Shown one piece after another: positions 34,545 to 46,200 of a stretch of 64,000 nt of DNA. The DNA comes from Prasinococcaceae sp. CCMP 1430 (lineage: Eukaryota; Plantae; Prasinodermophyta), in contig RQSC01000056.1 of the NCBI GenBank assembly GCA_013416795.1, forward strand, positions 35,621-99,620, read 5' to 3'. The notes under the pieces were generated by a model that ran no database searches, was not told the DNA's origin, and saw only the letters and a list, made by a program, of their open reading frames with translations. The translations under genes and the position numbers were made by a program. Each line of letters begins with the position of its first letter. Position 1 is the first letter of the stretch.

Positions 34545-34990
34545 CAGTGATGCCCCAACGCCAAGGAACGCTGAGGTTGCTGCATGCCGTACGCTTTTTT
34601 TCTCAGCTTTGCATCTCCAACGAAACCCTCCCTGAACCCCAAACATTGCACCGCAAACGCAGGCGGAGTGGCGGTGCCAGCCACGCCGCACCCGTCCGCG
34701 ACCTCGGGCCGCGTCACCGCGTTGCTCATCAAGCAGCGGCTCCCACGCATCTGACGCGAAAAACACGCGTGTGCCGGCGTGCGAGCTCACGTCGGACCAT
34801 CTGGTGCCAGCGCAGCGCGTGAGCTGGCCAGCATTCTCTGTTGGATTCGAGCTTTCGTTTTGATGAGCCTCGGATGTCGCAGATGGTTGAGATTTGACAT
34901 TGCAGGCGAGTTCAAGCCGATGCAATTTGATACGGACCCGTTGTGGGAGAACGTGGTGCCATCGGTTTGGCGGTTGGTCGCATTCTCTGT
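34545..34990. repeat. Dispersed repeat copy A (about 450 bp), paralogous to 42105-42550
   Basis: Long shared stretches such as GAAACCCTCCCTGAACCCCAAACATTGCACCGC and CCGCGTCACCGCGTTGCTCATCAAGCAGCGGCTCC. Confidence 0.92.
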
Positions 34991-35523
34991 CGAACGACGG
35001 CGCGTCCTCCCGCCCGCAGTGTGCCCCCGGCGTATCCCTGCGCAAAGATTGCGAGTTTGCTCTTCGCCGCGGGGATGCTGACGCGGCGAGCACACGCTCA
35101 TGGGCAGCCAATTCAAAGACATTTTGGTTCCCGCAAGACCTATGTATCGCATCGAACGCGTCTACACGTGGCCGTTGACATGCATCGCCCCACGTAGTCG
35201 CCAACTGTTTGTTAATTCTTCCAGCTGCGATGCGTGCACACTTAAGTGGGTCCTGCCATCAAAACGGTGCGCACGTGCGTGGTGTCACGCCAAGGCGCCC
35301 ATGCGCCCACCCTACGCCGCCGGCGCTGCCGCTGTACAGCGCGCGCACTGGCATGCGCGTGCGCGCCCGTCGTGGGCTCATGACGGCTGCGTGCTGGCGA
35401 CGGCGCCACTGCGCTACCGCGGCGCACACAAGTGAGCGCGGAGCGTGACGCACTGCCACCAAGCGAAGGGGCGCGCTGCCACTGAAGGTTGTCGAGAGAG
35501 CGAGCGCACACCCCTCTGCCCAC

Positions 35524-37880
35524 TTGCTGGTGTTGGTAGTGCTCGTGAGAGTGTTGTTGTCCCTGGCCACTGTGTGGCCATCCGTGGCCATCTATCCGGT
35601 TTACGTCAGGGTAGTCGCGGTCCATCGAGTTGGACCCTCGTGCATCATGGCGGAGCCATGCACCAGCCATGCCGCTCCTGGTCAGCGCACGTCAACAGCT
35701 GATGAAGACAACATGCAGAAACTACTAGGTGTCCTCACCGACGCGAGGAGTGGCAACGCATGGAACCATTGGAACGAGCTGGACCCGATCCAAACAGAGG
35801 ATGTGCCCGCACTTGCTGCCGCAGTGTCAAACAGCACGAGGCCACTTGGTCAAGACAACATTCACATTTGGGAGTTGTGTGGGCCTTGTGATATGGAGCG
35901 AGAGAGCGTGACCGACTGGCGGCGCGAGGCTCTTCTTCTCCTGGGTTGCAGCCAAGCCATTGCTTTGGCCGCCGAGGACATACGCAGACCGTGGTTGGCG
36001 CCTGTGGCGAGCACATTCCTAAGACTCGGAACTGCACTTCTTGACGCACCCATGCAACGAGTGGTTCGCGCATGGCAACACTGCGTCGATGGCATCATTG
36101 AGGTCGCGAGACTGCTGTGCTATTTCGAACGCAGTGGTGAGGCTGAGCTTGAGAGTGGCAATCGCAGCACGAGCACCGATAGTCGGTGGCGTATTCGGCG
36201 CTGGGCATTGAGCAACACAACTCCTGGACGCGAGATCGACATCGCGCTGCTGCAATTTGCGTTGCTTGGGGCGATTATCACCGAAGAGATCGCAAAAGAC
36301 TCTCGTGCCAGTCTTGTTACTGCTGCGCTCGCGCCCGGCCCCTCCTCAACCTCCGAGAGACTGTCCCAAGCAGTGCAGGTGGTGGAACAGAGGTGCGGGA
36401 TCAAGGAGAGGGTGCCTACGATCCAAGAGAACGTCAGGACGCTCACGGAACTCAGCGGACCGCATCCACTGTCCGACACGTACGCAAAGCCTGGAACGAT
36501 GGTAATGGAAAGGTCCGAAGTTGGCGATCGCATTTATGCTCTCAAGTCCATGAGAGCGCATGAAATCAACACCTGGCGCGCGTCTATTCCTGAGCAGGCC
36601 CAGCTTGCTCTAAAGTTGGTCCGCTTTCATGTGGGCAACGGCGACTATCCGCACCTGACAGACATGAGGGAGAGGAGATGTGCTTGGTACGATTTTCTCG
36701 TCAGGCATGGTGCAGAGCACGTTTCCGAACAGAAATACGCAGCTGAGCTCTGCCAAGATGTGCAAGTTCTTTGGCGACCGCTATTGGCTTCCAAGGTGAG
36801 GGTGACCTACATGAGCGCGCAAGACCGCAATCTCCTGCTGGGCGCATCGGTAAGAGGCCCGTACTCCGTTGGTGCAGAAGGGAATATCAGAAGGGATTCC
36901 TCGGTATCACTCGTGACAGTCTTCGAGACAGATTATGATGAACCTGGGGATCAGTACAAGTCAGACGCGCAGGCAAGCGAAATGGCCGCCCGCGCGGCCA
37001 ATGACTACTTCGGAGACCCTGCCGCGGGCGCCTTTCTCAAGGCGGCTATGGACACGGACGTACTTGAAAAGGCCGATGGCGATTATCGACAGGCACGAAA
37101 ACATCTCGGTCGTCACCGCCTGGCTCTGGAGCTCCTGAGTACGATGCTGAACAAGATTGAGACCTTTGGACAGAAAAAAATCAGGACGCAGGTGATGGGC
37201 ACTACGGACGCCAGTTTAGCCGTGAGGCTGAAGGCGTCTGCAAAGAATTTTCTCAAATTCGCAACCACATGTTCCTGCCAGACGATGCACTGGAAGGCGT
37301 ACGTCGTGGAGGTGCACTGGTGGGCGCTAGGGAGTGACGGGCGCTGGACAACCACTGAGTTCGAGAAGGTGTAGATGACTTGAGTCACCTGCTTTGGCGT
37401 TCTCGGTGACGCTACCTACATCGGCCATTCGACACATTCGTACAGAGCTCTTCAAGGGCGGCACACAGTCTGCGAGAGCGGCACAAAGCTCTACGAGTCA
37501 ATACGAACTTGCAAAAGAAGCTCTTCAAGCCGCTCGCCGAAAGCGGATTTTCCCCCGACTGGCAGCACCACTGGTCACCGCTCTCGCCGTTGCGCGTGTG
37601 GGTCTTCGTCTGGGCAGCCATCGAAGACGTTGCGCAGATCACCATTCAGCTCATATTCCTGCTCAACGAGTCAGACGACTGTTACCCGACGTACAACGAG
37701 GCCACTGGAACGACGGTGTCGATAGTCTTTGGCGCGCTACGCCTGCTGCTAGACATAGCACTGATTCTTCCGTCGCTCAACCTGAGCAAACGCGCAAACC
37801 AGGCTGCCAAGACTGTCGCAAAGCGTCTACGAAGTGTCCGTACTGCAACCTGCGGCGCAAAGAGCACGGACGAGACCTAG
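35524..37880 (+). CDS. Unknown protein, probably spliced to an XK-like TM C-terminus paralogous to the LRR gene
   Basis: 616-aa ORF; a phase-0 intron 37369-37445 (aag|GTGTAG..TACAG|agc) would join HSLRERHKAL..LFKPLAESGFSPDWQH..AAIEDVAQITIQL; start uncertain. Confidence 0.55.
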
Positions 37881-37996
37881 TAACGCACGTGTTCGCGACC
37901 TACCTACCGCATAGCGAGGCTGCGGGCACGAGTCGCACAATTTGAGATTGGGTGCGTGCGACACGAAAGCATCGCAGTCCCAATGCGGGCGCGACA

Positions 37997-38357
37997 TCAC
38001 CGCGGCGGCGCCTCCCCTCGGCTCCTCTGAGCGTCCGCGATGATCTGCGCGAGCAGCTCGTCGGGCAGCGCCAGCGCGGCCGGGGTCGCGCCGTCGTCGT
38101 TGGCACGACCAGGGTCCGCGCCCCGCTCGAGCAGCAGAGACACCACGCTCTGCTCCTTGGCCTCGGCGGCCGCTGCCAGCACCGTGTGACCCGTCGCGTC
38201 CGTTCTCTCCGGATCCGCGCCGGCGTCGAGGAGCATGCGCACGCACGCGGCGCGCCCTGCCATCGCCGCGCGGTGCATCGCGGTGAGGCCATTGCGGTCG
38301 GCGACGTTGAGTTTGATCGGCTGTCCCCAGGGCGTGCCGTCGGCGGCGCTGCTGCCT
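37997..38357 (-). pseudogene. 5'-truncated duplicate of the ankyrin-repeat gene at 47063-48136
   Basis: Near-identical DNA to about 47063-47420; similarity stops abruptly near 38357. Confidence 0.8.
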
Positions 38358-39178
38358 CTCACAGCACAAAGTCTGGTAGCCAGATAGCACACTCCCGGCG
38401 CCCCATCAGCCACGTCTGTGCGCGGTGCGCGCCCTGCTAATTTTGTTGCAAATTTGTGTACCCCGACAAGCGGATGTGACAACGACATCCTCGGAAGTCG
38501 CCAACTTGAACTCCACTTCGCTAGCCCGCGGCCCCGCACCGGCGCTTCCCCGCGCGTACCTGTAGCGAATCCGCGCGCAGATACGCCCCAGTCGCGAGCA
38601 GTGGAAGGCGCTCGATCGACAGACATGGTCGCTGTGCTGACGTGGCGAGGACGCGCTTCGGCGACGGCGCGTTCGACCACACGTGCGACGCGGCCTGGCT
38701 GGGCAATTGCGGCGCGTCGAAGCGTGGGGATTCGCCATTGACTGCCCGCGCGTCCCGAGCAACCGTTCCATGGCAATTCTCATAACCGCCTCCCAACTTC
38801 GGCCAACGGTGTGCGATTTTTCTAAACCCCAATGTCGGTGTGCACGACGGATTTGGCTATTGCTGCATTGCAGGAGCGCCCGCACAGCGCGCGCGCTGAC
38901 AGCGCTGGCTGGCGCGCAGAAGCGCACGCGCATGACGCGCGTGCGCGGGCGCCGCTAGAGCGCTCGCGCCGCGTCGCGCGCTCTCGTCTGAGGCAGCCAG
39001 TGGGATACGACGTCGCGGGGCGGGACTTGGATCGCCCACCCTCCCTGGGGCCTGCGCCGAACGGGCCCGCGCTCCTTCCGCGCCTCCGGCCGCCCGCGCG
39101 GTCCCGCTGCCACATTGCGCGACCCACACGCTTCGCGCACCGACAACCACACTACGCAAAACTTGCACCAGAGTGATC

Positions 39179-41842
39179 ATGGCGATGGCGTCGGCAGTCA
39201 CCGCGCTGCCCCTTGGCCGGCCGCCCCGTACTTCGGCGACGCTCGCTGACGCGCGCAGCCGCGGCCGGAGCCGTCGTGCACGCCCGCGCGCCTGTGCGTA
39301 CGAGGTGCGCGTGCGTGTGGCAGATCAGCGTGGCGCAGGCACAAAAGCCAGCGTTCTTCTGACGCTTGTCGGCGACGAAGGCAAAATGACAGACATTGAG
39401 ATCAAAGCTGATGATGGCCTGTGGGGACGTCTTCGTGGCTTCAGCAAAGGCGGCACGGAGTACCACACGCTTGAGGATGGCGCTCAGGTTGGCGAGCCCG
39501 GGGCAATCGTTCTCAGGATGAACACAGCAGACGACGATGGCTTCAATGCGCTGGAGAGGCGGATCCGGAAGGCGATCGTGGATGGCTCACCCGATATCCC
39601 CAAAGCAACGAGTGCCTACATCTTGCGAGACTTCGACGTGTATCACGACATTGACGACGCGCTGGGCGTGGCTGAGGTCGACGTGAGGTGCGTCGCCACC
39701 AACCGCATGTGGCGTTTCCCGCTGTACACGTGGCTCTCCGCTGCCGAGGGCAAGCGCGAGGCGGCCGTCGCTTTCTGCGGGCGCGGCTGCCTGCCGCAGG
39801 AGACGCCGGATCACCTCAAGTTCTTCCGCGAGATGGATCGGAAATTCGGGAGCTATGCGATTCAGCTGAACAGCGTTAAAGGGGGAGCGGTGGCAGCGGC
39901 AGTCAAGCTGCCATTGCCCATATCGGAGGCCTTCAACGACGGGAAGAGGGCGACTTTCGTCGGTGGGGCAGCGCGCGTCGTCACCAGCCGACTCAAATTT
40001 TGTTCTTGCCCCGGGGGGTCGACGAAGATGGCGCTTTCACGTCCGTGCGCAAGGCTTCGTCAGCGGTGCACAAGACGCTCCGTGACAAGGCCAACGGCCC
40101 CGACGGCTCGCCTGATGCCTTCGCCGACGAAACCTTTGGTGCCATGTTCCTTGCAGGCCCGCTTGCGGGCTACTTCGAGCGTGTTGAAGCAGATGAGGGC
40201 GGCGCACTGCTGCCCGAGCGGCTGAAGCGCGCGGGGATTGATGACAAGCTATTCGAGGGGCATCCATATGCGCCGCCAAAGGGCGCAACGCTCGCCAGCG
40301 AAGCAAGAGCAGGTCGGCTCTTCTGGACGTCGGCGAAGTCGCTCGAAGGCTGCGCGCTGCCTGATTCCCATCTCAAGCACATCAAGCACCACGTCTCGCC
40401 CGGGGCTGCCGTATTGCTGCTCTCGCGGCCCGACCTGTCGCCGCCGCAGCTGCTGCCGCTGGCAATCTCGTTGGAGGAGCACAAAGGGGCACCGCTCTTT
40501 AAACCGGACGACGAAGAGTGGGCCTGGCGCACGGCCAAAGCCCACGTCTTGTGCAATCTGGCGCTCGTACATCAGGTGGGCCTACACTGGAGCGAATGCC
40601 ACGCCGCCGCTGAGCCCATGTGCGGTGCCGTTCAGAGCCGGCTGTCGTACCTGCATCCGCTGCGGCGCCTGCTCATGCCGCACATCAACTACACGCTGGC
40701 CATCAACGCCTCAGCGCGCGGGACCCTCCTTCAGCCAAGGGGCGTCATCGAGACGCTATTCGTAGCTGGCCCCAACGGTGTGGACTTCGACCAAGAAACT
40801 GCCGAGGCATGGTCCAAGGAACTGGGCGTGAAGGTGAAGCCCACCAAAGTCAGCTTTGCAGCCAACTACTGGGCCAAGTGGGAGGGCTACACGGACCTGC
40901 CACGCATGCTCGAAAAGCGCGGGCTGAAGGAGTCGGCCGGCCTGCCGGACGACATGTTCCCCTTCCGCGCCGATGCGCTGCCGCTGTGGGACGCCATCAA
41001 CACGTGGGTGGGCGAATACCTGGGTGTGTGGTATGAGAGCGACCAGGACTGCGTAGAGGATGACGAACTCAAAGAGATGATCGACGAGCTCGTGAAGGGG
41101 CTTGGCAACTGCCCCGAGGGCGTGCGCATAAAGTACGCTGAGGCGGCGACATCAAAGAAAGAGCTGCATTCTCTGATCGCGTCTTTCATCTTCCAAGTGA
41201 GCGTCATGCACGCGGCGCGCAACTTCACGCAACATAAGTGGTTCGGCGCGATCGGTCTCGCGCCCTTCAATGTGCGCACGCCGCCGCCGTCCGACAAGAC
41301 GGGATGCGACCAGCAAAGCTTCTGCGATATGCTGCCGAGTCCCCAGGACACTCTGAGCGGCGTAGGCATCGTGAAGCTACTCTCGACGGTGCGTGCGCAT
41401 GCGTTCACATCTGCTCCGCAGAGGTGCACATGCAACGGCAACATCGCGTTCGCGCCGCGCTGCGATGGCGAGCGCGTTGCCCGGCCGCGTTGGTGGTGTC
41501 CCTGCTGCATTGCACGTTCTTGCACGCCGTGTGCGCGCGCGTGCAGCTGCCTCAGCACATACGAACGCTGCGATGGCAGCGCGTACAGCTCGCTGACCGG
41601 TCTGGCTTTCTTCCGCGATCCCCCGACATGGTCGTATCTAGTACTCAAAAGGCGACCAGTACCTCGGTAGGCCTTCACGTGACTGGATCGAGTGCCCTGA
41701 GGCCGAGCGTGCGCAAGCAAAATACCGCAAGCGCTTGGACAAGGCCACCAGGGCCGCTTGGAAGCGTGAGCTTGCACGCAGAGAGGCACAAGCGATCTCG
41801 TACGACGCGCTGCTCAAAGTTCCGACGTCTGTCGCTATCTAA
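39179..41842 (+). CDS. LOX: Lipoxygenase with a PLAT domain and plastid-type presequence; -1 frameshift near 40000
   Basis: PLAT (YEVRV..GAGTKASVLLTLVG), W..AK..V, HQVGLHWSECH, LHPLRRLLMPH, HAARNF; intron 41389-41641; last exon YSKGDQYLG..YDALLKVPTSVAI* supplies the C-terminal Ile ligand. Confidence 0.9.
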
Positions 41843-42104
41843 GTATGATAGCTAGCTCTTCGATGCTGCTGGTTGCTGGAGTCACGCACACAGTTGGTGG
41901 CTTGCGGAGTGGCGCCTAGCGGCTCTACTGAGAAGAACGATCGTGCAGAGAGAGAGGGGGGCAGTTGACGTCGTGCGCAAACCAGTACTACAGGTATCGT
42001 ACAAGAGGGCCGGCTAAGGGGGGGGGGAGGGGGGGGGAAGAGAGGAGACAGAAAGAGATACGGATTCAGAGACAGAGACAGAGTAGTAAGATATTTGGCG
42101 CCCC

Positions 42105-42550
42105 TCAGTGACGCCCGAACGCCGAGGAGCGCTGAGAATGCTGCATGGCGTACGCTTTGCAGCTCAGCTTTGCATCTCATACGAAACCCTCCCTGAACCC
42201 CAAACATTGCACCGCGAACTCTGGCGGAGTGGCCGTGCCAGCTGCGCCGCACCCGTCCGCGTCCTCTGGCCGCGTCACCGCGTTGCTCATCAAGCAGCGG
42301 CTCCTACGCGTCTGACGCGAAGAAGACGAGGCAGGCTTGCGAGCTCACGTCGGACCCTCTGGTGCCAGCGCAGCGCGCGAGCTCGCCAGCATTCTCTGTT
42401 GGATTCGAGCTTTTGTTTTGATGAGCCTTGGATGTCGCAGATTGGTTGAGATTTGACATTGGAGGCGAGTTCAAGATGATGCAATTTGATACGGACCCGT
42501 CGTGGGAGAACGCGGTGGTGCTATCGATTTGGCGGTTGGCCGCGTTCTCT
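42105..42550. repeat. Dispersed repeat copy B, paralogous to 34545-34990
   Basis: Same orientation as copy A, with scattered substitutions and indels; preceded by a purine-rich tract. Confidence 0.92.
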
Positions 42551-43207
42551 TTTAAACGAAGGTGCGCACGCCGCGGGCCGGAGGAAATCTTTGCCATAGA
42601 TACGGTTGCACACGTCAGCGAGCCCGTGCGTGGGTGTGGTTCGCCTTACTAAGCAACCAGAGCTTGCGCTCGGAGCCTCGGAGGCAGCAGTTGTGCGGCT
42701 GCGGTTAACACTGGCGCCCGCGAACGCGCGCCCGCACACCGCGATGCCGCGCCTTTTGCACTCGTCGGTGTAGGATCGCGCTGACCCCTTCTGTAGTGTC
42801 CAGCACTGCATGCGGCCCGCAAAGGGAGTGTGTGGCGAGGCACATAGTGGCACACAGTGCGCGCGTCGAGCGCAGGCGGGGCCGTGGGCACAGTGCAGGC
42901 TGCGCAGTGCGCCGGTGGCATAACGCGCCCGCCCGACACGGCGGCACAGCGGAGCGAGTGGGACGCGCGCCGAGCACGTCTTCCTTTCAGTAGCGGCGCG
43001 GGGCAGCATAGCGCGGCAACGCGGAGCAGCGGGGCAGCACGGCAGAGGTAGCGCAGAGGGCGTTGTCTGCGCAAGACGACTGCAACAAGTGACGATGAAG
43101 CGCAGCGCTGAGTGAGTCTGAGGACAGCTCAAAGCGAAAACGTGCAGCGCGACAGCAGCACAACGATATCTCGGCGTACTGAGCGGCCCGCTTTCGTGCT
43201 GTGCACC

Positions 43208-46200
43208 ATGAGGCCCGGCGGTGATGTGCTACTCATTATACTGTGGCCGCTGCGCGCGTGGCTTGCAAGCCTCTCAATGGCTGCCCCTTCGACGGCAGCG
43301 TCCACTTCGCCCCAGCGCATGTGGCTCGCTACTTGTGGATCGTGCAAGTTCTTCGATGAAGGCGGCACGCTGGTGCGCGAGACACCACCGAGTGATTGCC
43401 AGAGCCATAGCTGCTGCGGTCAGTGCGTTTCCCTCAACCTAGGGGAGTGCGCAACCTGTGGCAACCTGAGGGCGCTATCGCAGAATGTCTTCGAAGGCAT
43501 GTCCGAGCTCGAAAGTCTGGACCTGGAAGACAACAATTTGATGTCGCTGCCGAAAGACATATTCGCCGATCTGACCAGCCTTCAGGATCTGGACGTGAGC
43601 AACAACCAGCTGCGCTCGCTGGCAAACGAGCCATTCGCGGATCTGACCAGCCTGCTCAGGCTGGACGTGAGCAACAACCTGCTGGGCTCGCTGGCAAACG
43701 AGCCGCTGGCAAACAAGCCATTCGCGGACCTAGACAAATTGGAGAAGCTGGACATGGGCCAAAATCAGCTGAGCTCGCTGCCGATTGGAACGTTCGACGG
43801 CCTGCGTAACCTTCAGACGCTCGCCATGGACGACAACAATCTGATCTCCAGTTCGCTGTCGACTGGAGTGTTCGCGGACCTGGTCAACCTGACGGTGCTT
43901 GGCATGAGCAGAAATCAACTGCGCGCGCCGCTGTCGGACGGAACATTCACAGGCTTGGCCACGCTTGAGGAGCTATACATGAAGCAAAATCAGTTAGGCT
44001 CGCTGCCGAACGGAACATTCGCGGGGCTGACCGGGTTGCTGGTTCTGAGCCTCAGAGACAATCAGCTGAGCTCGCTGTCAAGCAGAGCGTTTATGCATCT
44101 GACAAAGCTACAAAAGCTATTCATCAGCAACAACCCGCTAGACGCGGCCTCGCTGTCGGACGGGCCATTCACGGACCCGGAGTACCTGAAAGACCTTGAG
44201 AACCTGTATATGAGAGATTGCAAGCTGAGCAAGCTGCCGGATCGAGCGTTCGCCGGCCTTGGCAAGCTGCGGGTGCTAGGCATCAGGGACAACCCACTGC
44301 GCGAGCTATCGAGCGAGTCTTTTGTGAATCTGGCCAGCCTTGAAGTGCTGGACATGCGCGACAACGATCTCAACGGATCTCAACCGATGGGGCTGCTCAA
44401 GCCGCTGAGCAGCCTTACGACGCTCTCGCTGGGAAATACTAGTTCTAGTAGTACTGGTGTCGACGCAAGATCGGTGTGCTTCCACGAGTTGCCTCCGTTG
44501 GCGGTCGCGGAATACATTCGCGGGCTGCCTGTGACCGCGTGGAATAGTCGCCAATGCACCCCGACCGATTGCAGCCCGCTGCGATGTGGTACATGCGCGT
44601 TCGTGGTTGACTCTGGTACATTGCGTGCTTCTGACGAGAGTGGGAATGTCCGAGTCGCGCGTGATGAGTCTGCAACAACCACTGATTCGAGCATTTCGTG
44701 CGGCGATTGCGTTGGGCTCAACCTGTCATTCAGTGGCGTGCGCTCTTTCGAAAGTGGCGTGTTCGAGGGGCTCGACCAGCTCCGGTACCTGATCCTCGCC
44801 GACAGCGACGATGCGACTATACAGGAACCCGTTTCTGGTGGTGCAAAGTCTGATACCGGTACGAATCACGGCCTACGGATCAACATGGTGTCGATGTTAG
44901 AGGCAACAAACAAAAACTTCACGCCAAACTTGGCGAGACTGGACGTGCGCTCGTTCGGCAGCTGCATCTTCTATCTGAACTACACCGGTGGGCGTGTAAA
45001 GGAAGGGATTACAGAGCTTCGACGCTGGTCACCTTTCGGCTTCAGAGATTGCGGTGTGATAGACGATACGGGGGAGAAGATCTCACCACGCAGCGGACTC
45101 CTGGACCTGGCGAATGCCGAACTGGACAGCATTTCCTCCGATGTGTTTACAGAGCTGAGAGAGCTAAAGACGCTGAACCTTCGGAACAACAATATCTCAG
45201 CGTCTCCGCTTGTTCATCTTGAGAGCGCCAGAGACTTGGCATCAATTGAGACGATCGATCTACGCGACAACGACCTGCGGTCCTTGGAGCTAACGAGTAG
45301 CATTGATTGCTCTTATTTGTCTTCGGTGTCAGGCGAGGACGGCGTCAAACAGCCGGTGCTACAATTCCGTCCTGGCAATGACAAAATCAAACGCATCGCG
45401 CATCCCAGATTTTGTCCCTCCACCGACAAGAACTGCACACCCACCTGCGAATGCCCCAAAGACGCGGGTTTCGGGAAGGTATTCGTGATGGTCAAAATCG
45501 AGGGCACCTATGTGTGCGTGGAAGACTTCTGGCCGGATTTCTGGTACAAGTTTCTGCTGCCGCTCGTGGGGACGATCATTGTTGTTTTGTTCGCGTTAAT
45601 GCTTCAAATGTGGCTACTTTCTGCCTTCCACAAGCACCACCGCCACGTCCACACGAGTAGGGGCGAGGCTGCAGAGCTCAGAGAAGTCACTCTCACGTCG
45701 CGATACCTGCAGTTCGGTGTTGCCGAGAGCATGGCTCTGCTTACGTCTGTCATGCTTTCGGTTGGCGATGTGGTGACGGACGTGCTCTTCATCACCGACT
45801 TTGTGAATGACACATGCAGGGAACTTCAGAAACCATCTATCGTCTTTTTGGCGGTTCCAGGAGGTATGATGCTCGCTGCTGGCATCGCTACCGTCATCGC
45901 TGGCATGGATCACATCGACTGGGAAAACCGGCCGTGCCAAAGATGGCGTCCGAGTCGGCTGCTAGATGGTACGGAGCGTGCAAAAGACGTGTCCTATCCG
46001 ACGCGACTCAGACTGCGAGTGGCTCGTCAGCCCGCTACAGACGAGGAGGGCTTCGCCCAGCGCCAGGTCGTCTCTAACGCGTCATCGCTCTTCACGCTGG
46101 CCGTGTGCGTGGCAGACTTCAACGCCATCAAGCTCTTGCCGTGGACTGTCAGCAGGGTGCCTCCCAGCTGTTGCAAAGACGTATCCTTGCAGCAGGAGGA

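Noticed and set aside
34545-34990. Autonomous transposon or endogenous virus as the source of the island
   Set aside because: No transposase, RT, integrase or capsid motifs, and no TIR/LTR termini recognised anywhere in the window
37997-38776. 259-aa ORF as a genuine new ankyrin fusion gene
   Set aside because: The upstream part has no coding signature; better explained as a duplication breakpoint
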